A stretch of 64,000 nucleotides of DNA, taken from positions 250,604,001-250,668,000 of the forward strand of contig OZ024743.1 of assembly GCA_964016885.1 (NCBI GenBank), read 5' to 3'. The notes beneath the pieces were generated by a model that worked only from the letters and a program-made list of their open reading frames with translations, did not search any database and was not told the DNA's origin. Of the stretch, positions 63,897-64,000 are shown piece after piece. Within the stretch, counting starts at the first letter, position 1. Every line of letters starts with the position of its first letter. The translations under genes and the position numbers were made by a program. The stretch is from Eledone cirrhosa (Eukaryota).

Positions 63897-64000
63897 GTGG
63901 AACGGGGTGGAAAGCTGCTCATTCAAGTAGAAACCCACACCTTATTGATGTTAACATACATATAGCTTATACATAGCATCGTTTAAAGAATTTCAATATA

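Overview
Eukaryotic, repeat-dominated DNA with no intact protein-coding gene. The SINE, MITE and microsatellite landscape suggests a coleoid cephalopod such as Octopus; this is inferred from remembered repeat families, not from a database search. (1) 1-~44,490: one uninterrupted satellite array of 38/41-bp monomers (GGTATACCAGACTAGAAGGTAG[TAG]TGGTAGTGACAAGTGT). Each monomer carries a TGGTATACCA palindrome. The array shows nested duplications from 0.4 to ~8.8 kb and zones of different variants. (2) ~44.5-51.4 kb: a transposon-rich spacer containing a non-autonomous hAT (Buster-type) element with an 8-bp target-site duplication (TSD). Nested inside it are an AT-rich palindrome, two SINEs and a 5'-truncated L1/Tx1-type LINE. 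(3) 51.45-60.3 kb: two related 41-bp satellite subfamilies whose switch point is exactly a 395-bp solo-LTR-like insertion. (4) 60.3-64 kb: AT-rich DNA with old SINE/MITE copies. I found no CRISPR array or prokaryote-type system. The best leads are the LTR-delimited satellite divergence, a symmetry-preserving variant of the satellite palindrome, the shared 41-bp period, and a possibly (GATA)n-targeting Tx1 element.
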